DNA of 64,000 nucleotides from Oculina patagonica (Eukaryota): NCBI RefSeq assembly GCF_052425735.1, contig NC_135762.1, positions 14,570,001 to 14,634,000 of the forward strand, read 5' to 3'. Shown piece by piece: positions 45,091 to 56,644 of this stretch (position 1 is its first letter; each line of letters starts with the position of its first letter). The notes under the pieces were generated by a model. It saw only the letters and a program-made list of their open reading frames with translations, ran no database searches and was not told where the DNA came from. The position numbers and the translations under genes were made by a program.

Positions 45091-48000
45091 GAATCCACGT
45101 GATGGCGGTTTTTCAAATATACACAAACTGTACATTTCAAGTCTCAAACTGGCCAGATTAGCTTAAACAGGAGTGAAACTAAGCTTTAATCTTCGGGGTG
45201 GTATTTCAACACAAGGGCCCAAAATCGTCATGTTCGGTGGCTCATGTCGCATTTTATTATACGATTTCATTGCACTCGCAGTGAATGTCATGATAAATCC
45301 AGGTGATTTGATTTTTTTCAAAAAGATACAAACTGTAGATTTCAAATCTCAAACTGTCCAGAAAATCGTCATTTTCAGTGGCTCATGTAGCACTTTCTTA
45401 TTCAATTGTTTTGGCCCTGAAGGGAAAATAAGTCTAAATCCACGTGATGGCGGTTTTTCAAAAAGACCCAAACTGTACCTTTCTAGATTCAAACTGGCCG
45501 GATTTGCTTGATCTTTAGTAAAAATAAACTTTAATTTACGTTGTATTATAACGAAAGGGCCCAAGATCGTCATTTTTAGTGGATCATGAAGCACGTTTTC
45601 GATTCTTTTGGACGTGGAGTAAAAATTAGGATAAATCCACGTTATAGCGGTTTTCAAAGAGACCAGTTACAAACAACAGTTCCAGTTACAAACAAGCTGC
45701 ATTTACTGGATCTGGAGTTAAAATTAGCTTTAAACTACGTGGTGATATTTCAACACATAGGCCCAAAATCGTCATTTTCAGTGGCTCATTTAGCACTTGA
45801 TCGATTGTTTCGGACCTAGAGTGAAAATAAAAATGAATCCACGTGATGGCATTTTTCCAAAACGACCCAAACTGTACTTTTCAACTCTCAAACTGGTCGG
45901 TTTTGCTGGATCTGAAGTTAAAATAGGCTTTAATCTGCCTGGTTGTAATTCAACACAATGAACCAAAATCGTCAATTTCAGATGTAGCCCTTTTTTGTTC
46001 GATTGTTTTGGACCTGAAGTGAAAATTGGCAGTAATTCACCTAACGGCAGTTACGTGGATTACAATGACTCAAACTGTACAGTTCAAGAATTACACTGGT
46101 CCTTTTTTGCTGGATCTGGAGTGAAAATAAGCTTTAATCTACGTAGTGGTATTTCAACACAATGGCCCTAAAACGTTGTTTTCAGTGGCTCATGTAGCAC
46201 TTTCCTTTTCGGATCTTTGGGATCTAGAGTAAAAATAGGGATGAATTCACTTGATGGACGTTTACGAAAACGTCTCAAACTGTACTTTTTTAGCCTCAAA
46301 CTGGCTGGTGTTACTGGATCTGGAGTGAAAATAAACTTTAATATACGTGCTTGTATACGTGCCTGGATCCGGTGTGAAAATAAGCTATAATCTACGTGGC
46401 GGTATTTTAACACAAGGGCCCAAAATCGTAATTTTCAGTGGCTCATGGAGCACATTCTTATCCAATCCTTTCCGTCCTGGAGATAAAATTAGGATGGCCG
46501 GATTTCTTTGATCTGGAGTGAAAGAATGCTTTAATAAATTATACGTGGTTGTATTTCAACACATTGACCCAAAATCGTCATTTTCAATGACTCGTGTAGT
46601 AATTTTCATTCGATTCTCTTAGACCTGAAGTGAAAATGATGATGAATCCACGTGATGGCGGTTTTTAAAAAGATGCAAACTAGTTCAATAGATGTCTCGT
46701 GAGGCATACATGACAGACCTATATCGTCTTGAATTCAAGAGCAATAAACAAGCAAATTAAATTTTAAACCTACACCACTTCTTAAACAGATATTAGTTTA
46801 ATCTGGCATTGGCTCTAAATTATAAAGTTCGGTTTCTTTCTGGCTACTTTTAGATATTGATGTTAAACTCAACTGCGGTCGTAAACTAGCCAAACTTTCT
46901 TGTAAGCGGTAGTTTCTCACAAAAATGAAGCAAATGACAGGATTAACAGTGCAATATTCAACAGCCAAAACAAGTGCAGTCTTAGAATAAACAGAATAAA
47001 CAAGACTACATTTTGGGATTTTTTCAGGAATAAATAACGCGGTATAGTATCGACTGTGTGTGAGTCGTGGTCAATTGCTGGCTCCCAGTTTGTTTAACAG
47101 TCTCCTGACTGCGTCCGCCTAAATGTGTTGGCATTTTTCCAAGAAGGCCCAAACTGTACATATCAAGTCTCAAACTGGCAGGTCTTACTGCATCTGGAAT
47201 GAAAATAAGATTTAATCTACGTGGTGGTATTTTAATACTGTGCCCCAAATCGTCAAATCAGTGCCTCTGTAGCACTTTCTAATTCGATTTGCTTGTAGCT
47301 TGAGTTAACATTAGGCTGAATCCACGTGAAAGCGGTTTTCTAAATCGACCCAAATTCAACATTTCAAGTCTCAAACTGGAAGTTTTCCTGCATCGTGAAT
47401 GAAAATATTATTTAGTCTACGTAGTGGTATTTCAAAACAACGGTCCAAAATCGTCATTTTCAGTGCCTCATATAGCACCTTTTTGTTCGGTTCTTTTGGA
47501 CCTGGAGTGATCATTAGGCGGAATCAACGTGTTGGCATTCTTCCAAAAAAAGTCCTTAACGGTTCGTGTATTCGATTTCTTTTGGCCTGGAGTGAAAATT
47601 AGGATGAAGTTTCCAAATTCATCCTAGCAATTTTCCAAAAAAGACCCACATGGTTATATTTAACACAAGGGCTTTTATTTTTTCAGTGGCTCGTGTAGCA
47701 CTTTATTATTGGATTGTTTTGGATATGGAGTGAAAATTAGGATAAAACCACGTGATGGTGGTTTTCTAAAAATAGACCCAAACTGTACATTTCAAGTAAC
47801 AAACTGGTCGAATTGTACATTTCAAGTCTTATACTGGCCGCTTTTAATGGAATCTGGGGTGAAAATAAGCTTTATTCTAGGAAGCCGTATTTCAATACAA
47901 TGGCCAAAAGTCAGTGGTTCATTTAGTAGTTTGTTATTCGATTCTTTTGGACCTGGAGTGAAAATTAGGACGAATCCACGCGATGGTGGATTCGAAATGT

Positions 48001-49817
48001 ACATTTCAAGTCTCAAACAGGCCGGTTTTGCTGGATCTAAAGTGAAAATAATCTTTAAGTTACGTGGCACAAAATAAATTCATCACAATAAATTCAAGGC
48101 CAATAATCGTCATTTTCAGTGGCTGATGTAGCACTTTCTTACTGATTTTTTTTTTACATGTTGTGAAAATTAGGACGAACCCACATGATGGCGGTTGTAA
48201 AAAAAAGACACAAGCTGTTCATTTCAAGTCTCAAACTGGCCGGTTTTGCTGGATCTGGATTGAAAATAAGCTTTAATCAAGGGCCCAAAATCGTCATTTT
48301 TAGTGGCTCATATAGCACTTTCTTATTCGACTCTATTTTACCTGGAGTGAAAATTAGGATGAGTTCACGTGATGGCGGTTTTCCTAAAAGACCTGAACTG
48401 TACACTTCAAGTCTCAAACTGGCCGGTTTTGATGGTATCTTGAGTGAAAATAAGCTTTACTCTACGTAGTGGTAGTTCAACACAAGGGCTTCAAATCGGC
48501 TTTTTCAAAAGGATAGGAGGATGAATCCACTTTATGGTGGTTTCCAAAAGCACCCAAAGTCTCACACTGGTCAGTTTAGCTGGACCTGGAGTGAAAATAG
48601 GCCTTTATCTACGTGGTGGTATTTCAACACAAGGGCACAATTCGTCATCTTCAGTTGCTCATGTACCACTTTCTTATTCCATTATTTTGAATCTGGAGTG
48701 AACATAAGGCTAAATCCACGTGATGGAATTTCTCCAAACAGACCCAAACTGTACGTTTCAAGTTTTAAACTATCATGGTTTGCAAAATATAGATAAAAAA
48801 GCTTTCATAAACGTAGTGGTATTTCAACGCAAGGGCCGATAAGCTTCATTTTCAGTGCCTCACGTGACACTTTCTTATTAGATTTTTTTTGGACCTGGAG
48901 TGAACATAAGGCTGAATCAACGTAATGTCATTTTTCAAAAAGGCCTAAACTTTACGTTTCAAGTTACAAACTTGTAGGTTTTGCTGGATCTGGAGAGAAA
49001 ATAAGCTTTAATATACGTGGTGGCATTTCAACGCAAGGGTCCGAAAATCTTCATTTTCAAAGCCTTGTGTGACATTTTTTTATTAGATTTTTTTGAACCT
49101 GAAGTGAACGTTAGGCTGAATCCTTGTGATGGCATTTTTGCACAAAGGCCCAACCTGTACAAATCAAGTTTTAAACTGGCAGGTTTTGCTTGATATGGAG
49201 AGATAAATATAAAATATATAAATATACGTGGTGGTTATTCAACGCAAAGGCGATAATATTCATTTTCAGTATCCACTTGACACTTTTTTATTAGATTCTT
49301 TTGGGCCCATGGGCCAGAGTAAACATAAGGCTGAATCCACGAATGATATTTTCCGAAAAGGCCCAAACTGTATGTTTCAAGTTTCAAACTGGCAAGTTTT
49401 GCTGGATCTGAAGAGAAAATAAGCTTTGATGTACGTGGTGGCATTTCAACGTAACGGTCCGAAAATCCTTATTTTTAAAGCCTTGTGTGTTACTTTCTAA
49501 TACGATTTTTTTTGGAGTTGGAGTGAACATTAGGCTGAATCCACGTGATAACGTTTTTCCAAAAAGATCCAAAATGTACGTTTAAAGTTTCAAACTGGCA
49601 GTTTTTGCTGGATCTGGAGAGAAAATTATCTTCAATATACGTGGTGGAATTTCATCGCAAGGGCCGATAATCTTCATTTTCAGTGCATCGAGTCACTCGA
49701 TCTTTTTTCTTCTTTTTTTTTTTGACCTAGCAAAACCTGCCAGGTTTAATCTTAAAATGTACACTTTGGACCTTATTGGATAAATTCTATAACTTTGATT
49801 CAACCTAATGTTCACTA
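45091..49817 (+). repeat. ~204-bp satellite array, block 5 (more diverged; last ~95 bp inverted)
   Basis: Same unit with more indels; interrupted by a GPCR fragment at 46679-47128. Confidence 0.92.
46679..47128 (-). pseudogene. Duplicated 3' fragment of GPCR 54529-55578 with an internal deletion
   Basis: Matches 54394-~54736 (3' UTR, C-terminus, TM7), then jumps to ~54970-55067 (NWEPA..HELTHSRYYTAL). Confidence 0.9.
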
Positions 49818-50433
49818 AAACCCAGTACCTGATGACAGTTTCAGTACATAGAGGACAAAGGATAATCCGAATAAGTTCATAGTGTCCAACAATTCAGACC
49901 ACAAATGAAGATCTTGAAAATAGATTGTTATATTTCGGTATGAACTATACCATCATCAGACTAATAAAATTAGCATACAAGCTAGATCTTAAATACTGTG
50001 AGTGAGGAGACGAAAACAATAAGTTTACTCAGGAGAATAGATAGAGTTCTCTGCTGGATTTTAGTCCATTGTTTAGGGAAGGTGCTAGGCGTTTGATATA
50101 ATAAGCCTCTTTGTATAGAAGAAGATTCCAGTTGTGGTCACAGTCTAATACCGTTGTATTATCACGGACAACATGGGTGAAATATTCTTTGTCATTACTG
50201 ATAGAAGGTGGAGCAATGTCAGTGTTTAAATTATCCGGTAAATTACACAAATCACGGATGAAAAGTAAATGGTTACACGTTCGCAGGTGTTTATAAATTG
50301 CGCTCTCTTTGTCAGAGATTGCGTGTTCATGTGTTCAGACGAAAATAGTTCTGTCCGTTTTGCCGATGTACGCTGCCGATGTACCCCTCTCTCTGACAAA
50401 GAGAGCGCAATTTATAGACACCTGCGAACGTGT
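49818..50433 (-). mobile_element. 5'-truncated Penelope-like element (GIY-YIG C-terminus and 3' UTR)
   Basis: AAYIGKTDRT...EHA...SAIYKHL; ORF 50029..50250 ends VLDCDHNWNLLLYKEAYYIKRLAPSLNNGLK; hammerhead core downstream. Left boundary approximate. Confidence 0.85.
49924..49965 (-). ncRNA. Minimal type I hammerhead ribozyme (second Penelope element)
   Basis: AUUAGU-CUGAUGA-U-GGUAU-AGUUC-AUACC-GAAA-UA-UA-ACAAU: core, 5-bp stem II, palindromic AUAU stem III, bulged stem I. Confidence 0.72.
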
Positions 50434-51807
50434 TGACATGAATTTTTTTAGCAGAACATCCAGGATTTCCTGGAAACAATTTGATGGATATTCCACCGAA
50501 ACCGTTAACTCCAACATGAAGGAAGGCTTCTAGCTCTGACACTGTTACAAGAGACCTGAGTACTCGTTTTTTATCCTTAAGATTGTTCCCAATCACAGCA
50601 AAGGCTCCTTTGACGACTTTGGTTGCAGGATTTACGCAACATGCGGCCGTCCACATGGAGTTGGGAATTTTTATACCCCCTTTACCACGGAAAGATTTAA
50701 GTGCTTCCACGTTCGCCACGAGTTTCCCCGAGTTAGTGTCCATTTGAATTCGAGCTTCAGAGATGCCGGTGATGAGATACAAGTCTCCACCTTCCTTACT
50801 GCATTTGTTTTTAGCGTAGTTCCTTATGTTCCTTTCATCCTGAGCCCAAACTCCGCTGTTGAACCCCTTAACCTGTGGAACAGCGTTTGTGTAGGTGAAT
50901 GTTGAAAGCATGTGGTTATCAGTAAAGGAGTAAGTCTGCGCAGGAAGTAGGTGACCTTTGGCATAGGTTTTTTGGCCGCTGTATTTATCGCCACTTCCTT
51001 GAAAGGTGATACCTTTAGAAAATAACAAGAATAAATTTTCCGTTTACTGTAGAGTATTTTGACAATCAGACGTACAAAGAAGAGCGCAAGACTCCGAAAG
51101 ATAGTGCATGAAAGGCGTTTTAAGCTAGGTAGATTACTTATTATATGGATGCTGTAATTTGGTAAAATACAAAATTTTTCAATATAAATGGACAATCCCG
51201 TTACTTGTTAAAATTTCAAAAATCAATGTTTGTGGCATTTAAGTAACCATCCCTCGCTTTAAGACATATTACGCTATCGATCTTTCCTGCTCACGAGGCC
51301 AGTATGGCCCAAATACCCTACCTGTTTCTTGTCGCCAAAGGTCGACACCAGTTCTTTGTACCGCGCCAATATGACCCACTTGTTCTTTTCTTACAACGTA
51401 CGCTGAGTAAATTGGAATTCCATAGTTAAGATCAAACATGGTGGAATAGAAGTTAAGCAAGCTATTACCAGGAACCCGTTGACAAATGTATCTGATGTTG
51501 GTGTGGTCAAGTCGGAAACCAGACGGTGGTTTGCCATCAACAAAGAAGGGTGTGTAACACGGCTGGATAGTTGAAAAAACTGCTGATCTGCGAAGTCTGA
51601 CCAGTTGGCTTTCATGTTCGGGCTTTTTAGTAGCATCGTCACTCAAACCAGTATCTCCTATTTTCGGTAATATATAAATGTATCAAATAAATAATATGAA
51701 AATATAATAAGCATCTATTGCTTTAGATTCTCACCTCCAGTTTGTGTGGTCATCATCGAGTCAGCCGAAATAAACAATGACAAAAATAGCACAGAATGGA
51801 TATTCAT
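50327..51807 (-). CDS. Probably secreted DNA/RNA non-specific endonuclease (ENDOD1-like); 3 exons 51807-51735, 51657-51322, 51012-50327; ~364 aa
   Basis: Two GT-AG phase-1 introns join three ORFs in frame. Hydrophobic N-terminus MNIHSVLFLSLFISA; RLRR furin-like site; ICQ...YSTMFD...GIPIYSAY; YAKGHLLP (active His), STFTYTNAVPQ, FNSGVW...E, LYLITG, IPNSMWTAACC. Confidence 0.88.
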
Positions 51808-52425
51808 CTTGATGGTATGCGTGAAAGGGAAACTGAACTGGAGAAATTGTACTTTACACTCCCAAGTTCCTAGGCTGATGTCTGAACCAAAGTGAGTCAT
51901 TTGTTTGGAATGCTTCGAGAACGCTCTCTAATCAAGAATAATGGCTTTGCGGATGGCTAATTGTTCGGTCTATTTCACAAAGTCTTTTTAGTACCAGTAT
52001 TCCCCAGAAACTGACAAAATTCAATTGTAGCATGTATGTTCGCTTAGGTTTATTTTTCAATACTTCGAGGAAGCTATCTATGACCGCGAGCTAAAGAAAA
52101 TTACGTTTTTTATTTACATCAAATTTAGGCTTTTACTTTTTCTTTCTTCTTTTGTTTTGTTCTGTTCAGGTGTGCAGAAACCCCGGGATACTTTGACCTT
52201 GATTGATCGTGTTTGAAATGATTTATCTCATGAGGAATGCCACCAGTATCCCACCAGAGTGCCGCCAACTGCGAAAACCACGCTTTGTAGTTCGAAAACT
52301 CAAAATGTTCTAATGTTACTTCCCTTTAAATTTGAGAGGGATCAAAGGCATGAAAAGACACCCATTTCAAACCATTGGACAAGAGACAACAGATAGTAAA
52401 CTATATTATTTTCACTGTGAAGATA

Positions 52426-52486
52426 CAGCGCTCGAACTCGGACCACCTTGACCCGTAGTCCGGGGCGCTAACCATTAGACCACCAC
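52426..52486 (-). mobile_element. tRNA-derived SINE head fragment
   Basis: Minus strand GGTGGTCTAATGGTTAGCGC (A box) ... GAGTTCGAGCG (B box). Confidence 0.55.
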
Positions 52487-54528
52487 AATTCGTCTAGTCG
52501 AACTGAGGCAAGGAACACTTCAAACGTCAAATGTCTCATATGCCAAACCCCATACGTTCCCTCATCCCTTCCCGGGGAAAGGGATTACTTCCCTACATAA
52601 GCCATATAGCCAAGGTGTGTGTCGCACCAATTCGTATATTTTTTGAGCAGTTTTGATCTGAAAGTGGACCAGATTAGACGACTGCATGTGGTCTAAAATT
52701 GAATACGGCTTTTTAAAGAAAAACGTATTTTACTCTTTTCATCAGGCTCGTCATCTTTAGACATAAAGGACAGCAAGGGACGTTACCAAAAATGTACTAT
52801 TCGATCGATTAGGCGCCAATTTCCACTTTCGACACGATTAGGGTTAGGCTGAAATCGGTTGAAGACCTAATAAAGTTTCCAATAATTTCACCCTCGCACC
52901 CGGAGTCAGATATGTCTAGTGATGGATCTTCAGCGATGCTCTTCTCGTTTGCGAAACGGTGTACTGTGCTACCGATATGTGTCTCAGGATAATAACAAAA
53001 TATTATTGTTTCTTTCTTTTAAAATATGTTAGTTTCGACAACTTATCGCTATCATACAGATGATTCTGTATGGACTGTCAATATCGTTGTACTGTTTTCT
53101 CAAGCGTTTGCTCGACCAGTTCAGTTTCCTTTTTGCGCTTTTCTTAACGAACATCTATCTCTGTAAGATGCTCAATAATGGAAAGTGGAGATGAGCTATT
53201 GAAGGCCAGGAAGGTAGTAGGAGGGCCACGATCTCCCCGACCACCCTTACGGATAATTTGACTTCAAAGTAAAATCCCGGGAGTAAAATACAATCGGCAC
53301 TTTTCTGAAGTTTACTGAGTACAGTACGAAAAAAATAACTGCTGTGTCCATGATATTCGCTTTTGATTAAAATATTCATTTACAAGGCCAAAAAATGGTT
53401 TAAAACTTTAAAAAGCTGCACACCTATTTGATGCTCTCCCTGTTTCCCCAAGAAACAGTTCAGAATATAATTTCCTTAGCTCAGGAACAAAAAAACTATT
53501 TCAGACAGGAGCCCATGGCAATATTTGCTTTCTGGTTTATCTAGTTCTTTGCTTCTACGAAAAATTGTTACACATGTTGTTTATTATCTTAAAATTCCTA
53601 CGAAAACCTTAGGTTAGAATGTGATACCAATATATACATCCATGAATAGAACTGTTACTAGTTAAATTTTAATATCATATGTTTTAATTTCTTAGTCTTG
53701 GTTTTATTATATTGTTGTAATATAAGTTTAGTTTTAGGTATTTGTAGGTGAAGAGCCACTTGTGGATAAACTACAAATAAATCGTTATTATTATTTATTT
53801 TTTTTAAAAAATTAAGCCAAACGTTTTTCAACTAAAACTTAGTCATCAACAGGGAAAAAAATCGAAAACATTCGTATTTTAAACAATTTTTTGGCTATGC
53901 AAATAACAAAATAATAACTGCTGTAATTCCTGTAAATTAAGGGAAAATGTTAGCAAACGTCTCAAAATTTCCGTTTTGAACCGGTTTAATATCAAAGGAA
54001 AGCTATTTTAATGGCAAACGTACTTTTAAACTTAAATAAACAAGTAAAAGCATTAAAACTATTCCACAAGTTCAATAACTGCTTTTTGTCAAGCATAACT
54101 CCAAGTTTCTTGTAGAACAGCCTTATGATAGCAATTAAATGATAAATGGCAATGGCAAAATCAAATAGTCAGACTCCTTTTTACAACCTTGACCATCGAA
54201 AGACAGGTTAAAAAACCTAGCTAAAAAAGCTAGACCTTGCGGGCTATCATGATTGCTTGTTTTTGAGGCGCAAAAAGCGTTTTAAAGTTATTGGGGCACT
54301 TCAAATACTTACACATAAGAATTAAGAGCAGTCTTTGTTCCTCGTTCTATCTTTATTATTATTGTGACGTAGGTATAAAAACACATGGATACGACTAGTT
54401 CAGTAGATGAATCGTGAGACATACATGACAGACCTATATCGTCTTGAATTCAAGAGCAATAAACCAACTATCAAATTTTAAACCTACACCACTGCTTAAA
54501 CAGATATTAGTTTAATCTGGCCTTGGCT

Positions 54529-55578
54529 CTAAAGTTCGGTTTCTTTCTGGCTACTTTTAGATATTGATGTTAAACTCAATTGCGATCGTAAACTAGCCAA
54601 ACTTTCTTGTAAGCGGTAGTTTCTCACAAAAATAAAGCAAATGACAGGATTAATAGTGCAATATGCAACAGCCAAAACAAGTGCAGTCTCAGAATAGATG
54701 GAATAAAGAAGACTGCATTCTGGAATTTTTTCAGGAGCAAAAAGAATTATGAGCTGTTGGACATTAAATGGAGCCCAGCACACCGCAAATGCAATGACAA
54801 TTGTTACCGCCATTCTTAACACTCTTAATTCTTTGTTCTTCTTCTCGATCTTCTCTCTTTGCCTGTAAGATCTGTGCACTGAAAGCTCATCTTTTTTGAA
54901 GATAAGAGTCCACAGGATCACACTGTACAAGATGGTTATTAAAGTGAAAGGCAAAATGACAACTACTACAAATAACGCGGTATAGTATCGACTGTGTGTG
55001 AGTTCGTGGTCAAATGCTGGCTCCCAGTTTGTTTTACAGTCTCCTGACTCCGTCAGCCTAAATGTGTAAAAGTATGGTGCGTGGATCCCCATAGCTATGA
55101 TCCACACAACGAGAATGGCGTAGAAACGAAGCTTTGAGGAGATCTGACGAACTGTGAACGGGAATACGACGGCCAAGAATCTTTCAACTGTGATCATGAC
55201 CAGGGAATGAGTTGACACCGACAGGGAAACATCTGTGAGAAAGTTTGAGATCTTGCACAGAAGCGAACCAAGGACTCCTTGAACGAGGAAGACGTCAGAT
55301 CCTGTTATCTCGGATACTATCAGGCGAGGGATAAGACAAACTGGAATGAAGAGATCAGACACGGCCATGTTGATAACGAACACGTCAATTGTTTTCTTCA
55401 TTGAATTCGTTCTAAAAAAGATAAGAACAAGAAGAGAATTTCCCAGCAGCGAGACAATGGCGATCACACTGTATATGGACACTTTGGCAATAGTTGCTGC
55501 GGGAGTGTTGATGTCAACTGAGCAGAAGGTATCGGTAGCATTGCTGGTGAAATTTGCGTCTTCTGTGGTGTTATTCAT
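54529..55578 (-). CDS. Intronless class A GPCR, neuropeptide-receptor-like, 349 aa; same family as 10713 and 17653
   Basis: ATG at 55578 (MNNTTEDANFT); GN, NMAVSDL, ERF, W4.50, CWAP, NPVIC; shared ECL2/TM5 motif NWEPAFxHELTHSRYYTAL. Confidence 0.93.
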   Translation of the reverse strand: MNNTTEDANFTSNATDTFCSVDINTPAATIAKVSIYSVIAIVSLLGNSLLVLIFFRTNSMKKTIDVFVINMAVSDLFIPVCLIPRLIVSEITGSDVFLVQGVLGSLLCKISNFLTDVSLSVSTHSLVMITVERFLAVVFPFTVRQISSKLRFYAILVVWIIAMGIHAPYFYTFRLTESGDCKTNWEPAFDHELTHSRYYTALFVVVVILPFTLITILYSVILWTLIFKKDELSVHRSYRQREKIEKKNKELRVLRMAVTIVIAFAVCWAPFNVQQLIILFAPEKIPECSLLYSIYSETALVLAVAYCTINPVICFIFVRNYRLQESLASLRSQLSLTSISKSSQKETEL

Positions 55579-56062
55579 CTTGATCTGCACAGTAGGATTT
55601 CCTAAAGCTGAATGCTTTGATGAGGAACTATCGACGCGTTTTTATTCACAGTGAAGTGCTTTTAGTTTTCGGGTTTATGGTTGTAATGAAAAACCGCAGG
55701 TAGCCTTTTATCGGAAAATACAATTAATTAACCTTGCTCAAGGGTCTATTTAAAGGGCGATTCAAATGTCACAAAATGGATTTTTTTGCGAAGCACTCAA
55801 GTTAATTGACAAAAATGGTGAGACGTATGTTAGGAGTGCTTTTAAAATACTATTAAAGCAGTATTTGCTTAAGCTCGAGCGTTTGCATTTGAGACATCTA
55901 CAAAAACAGCAATGAAGTTGGGTTTGTAAAACGAGCATTTTAAAAGGACTCAAATTTATTGACAAGAGAAATGAGTGAAACTTTAGCAGTACTTTTAAAA
56001 ATACCATTAAAGCACTTGTCCTTGCGTAAGCACGAGGGTTTTTAATTGAGACATCTACAAAA

Positions 56063-56095
56063 CACTGAAGAAGAGGTTATCTTCTGAAACGTCTG
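56063..56095 (+). ncRNA. Possible minimal hammerhead ribozyme (isolated Penelope-type remnant)
   Basis: CA-CUGAAGA-AGAGG-UUAU-CUUCU-GAAA-CG-UC-UG; stem I is only 2 bp. Confidence 0.5.
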
Positions 56096-56224
56096 AATGT
56101 TTTAAATGTATTTTATGTAATTGTTAGCATTCGTTCAGTTTCGTTCGACCATTTCAGTCCATCAAGGAATCCTGCTTTACTGTAGAGCCATTTAAAAGTG
56201 GCATTCCCAATTGACGAACTTTCC

Positions 56225-56258
<34 letters not shown>

Positions 56259-56644
56259 GGGCACATTTGGCACTGTCACTTGACTTATTTTCAGGAAAAC
56301 AGAAAGTCATCTTCTGTGAATATCTGTAACGTTGAACAAAACAAAGGTGTTAAGAGTAAATCCTGACCTTTTAACTATACGCGTGGATCTTATAGAACGT
56401 ATCTGCCCTATCTGATTATGCCTGCAGTATAAATTTCATTCAGTATTTTTTGTTTTGTTTTCTCTTTTAAGTTGAACACCCAAAAGATATTAAAAATACG
56501 CACAATTGAAACCATAACCCAATATCTTTTATTTAGCGATCTTTTGAAATACGTGCACCTGTTATCATGAGTGCTTTAATTGAGCTTTATATACCTACCT
56601 CCCTAACATAAGATCATTGACACAACTTAGTATACAATGCATTA

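Noticed and set aside
20821-49572. Many 60-120 aa ORFs in the 204-bp satellite
   Set aside because: By-products of the repeat; frames break at frequent indels and show no protein motifs.
53028-53060. Additional hammerhead on the minus strand (CTGTATGA...GAAAC)
   Set aside because: The core has an extra base, stem II is weak and there is no proper cleavage triplet.
56228-56261. T-run followed by a long G-run
   Set aside because: Simple homopolymers of unreliable length; no further structure.
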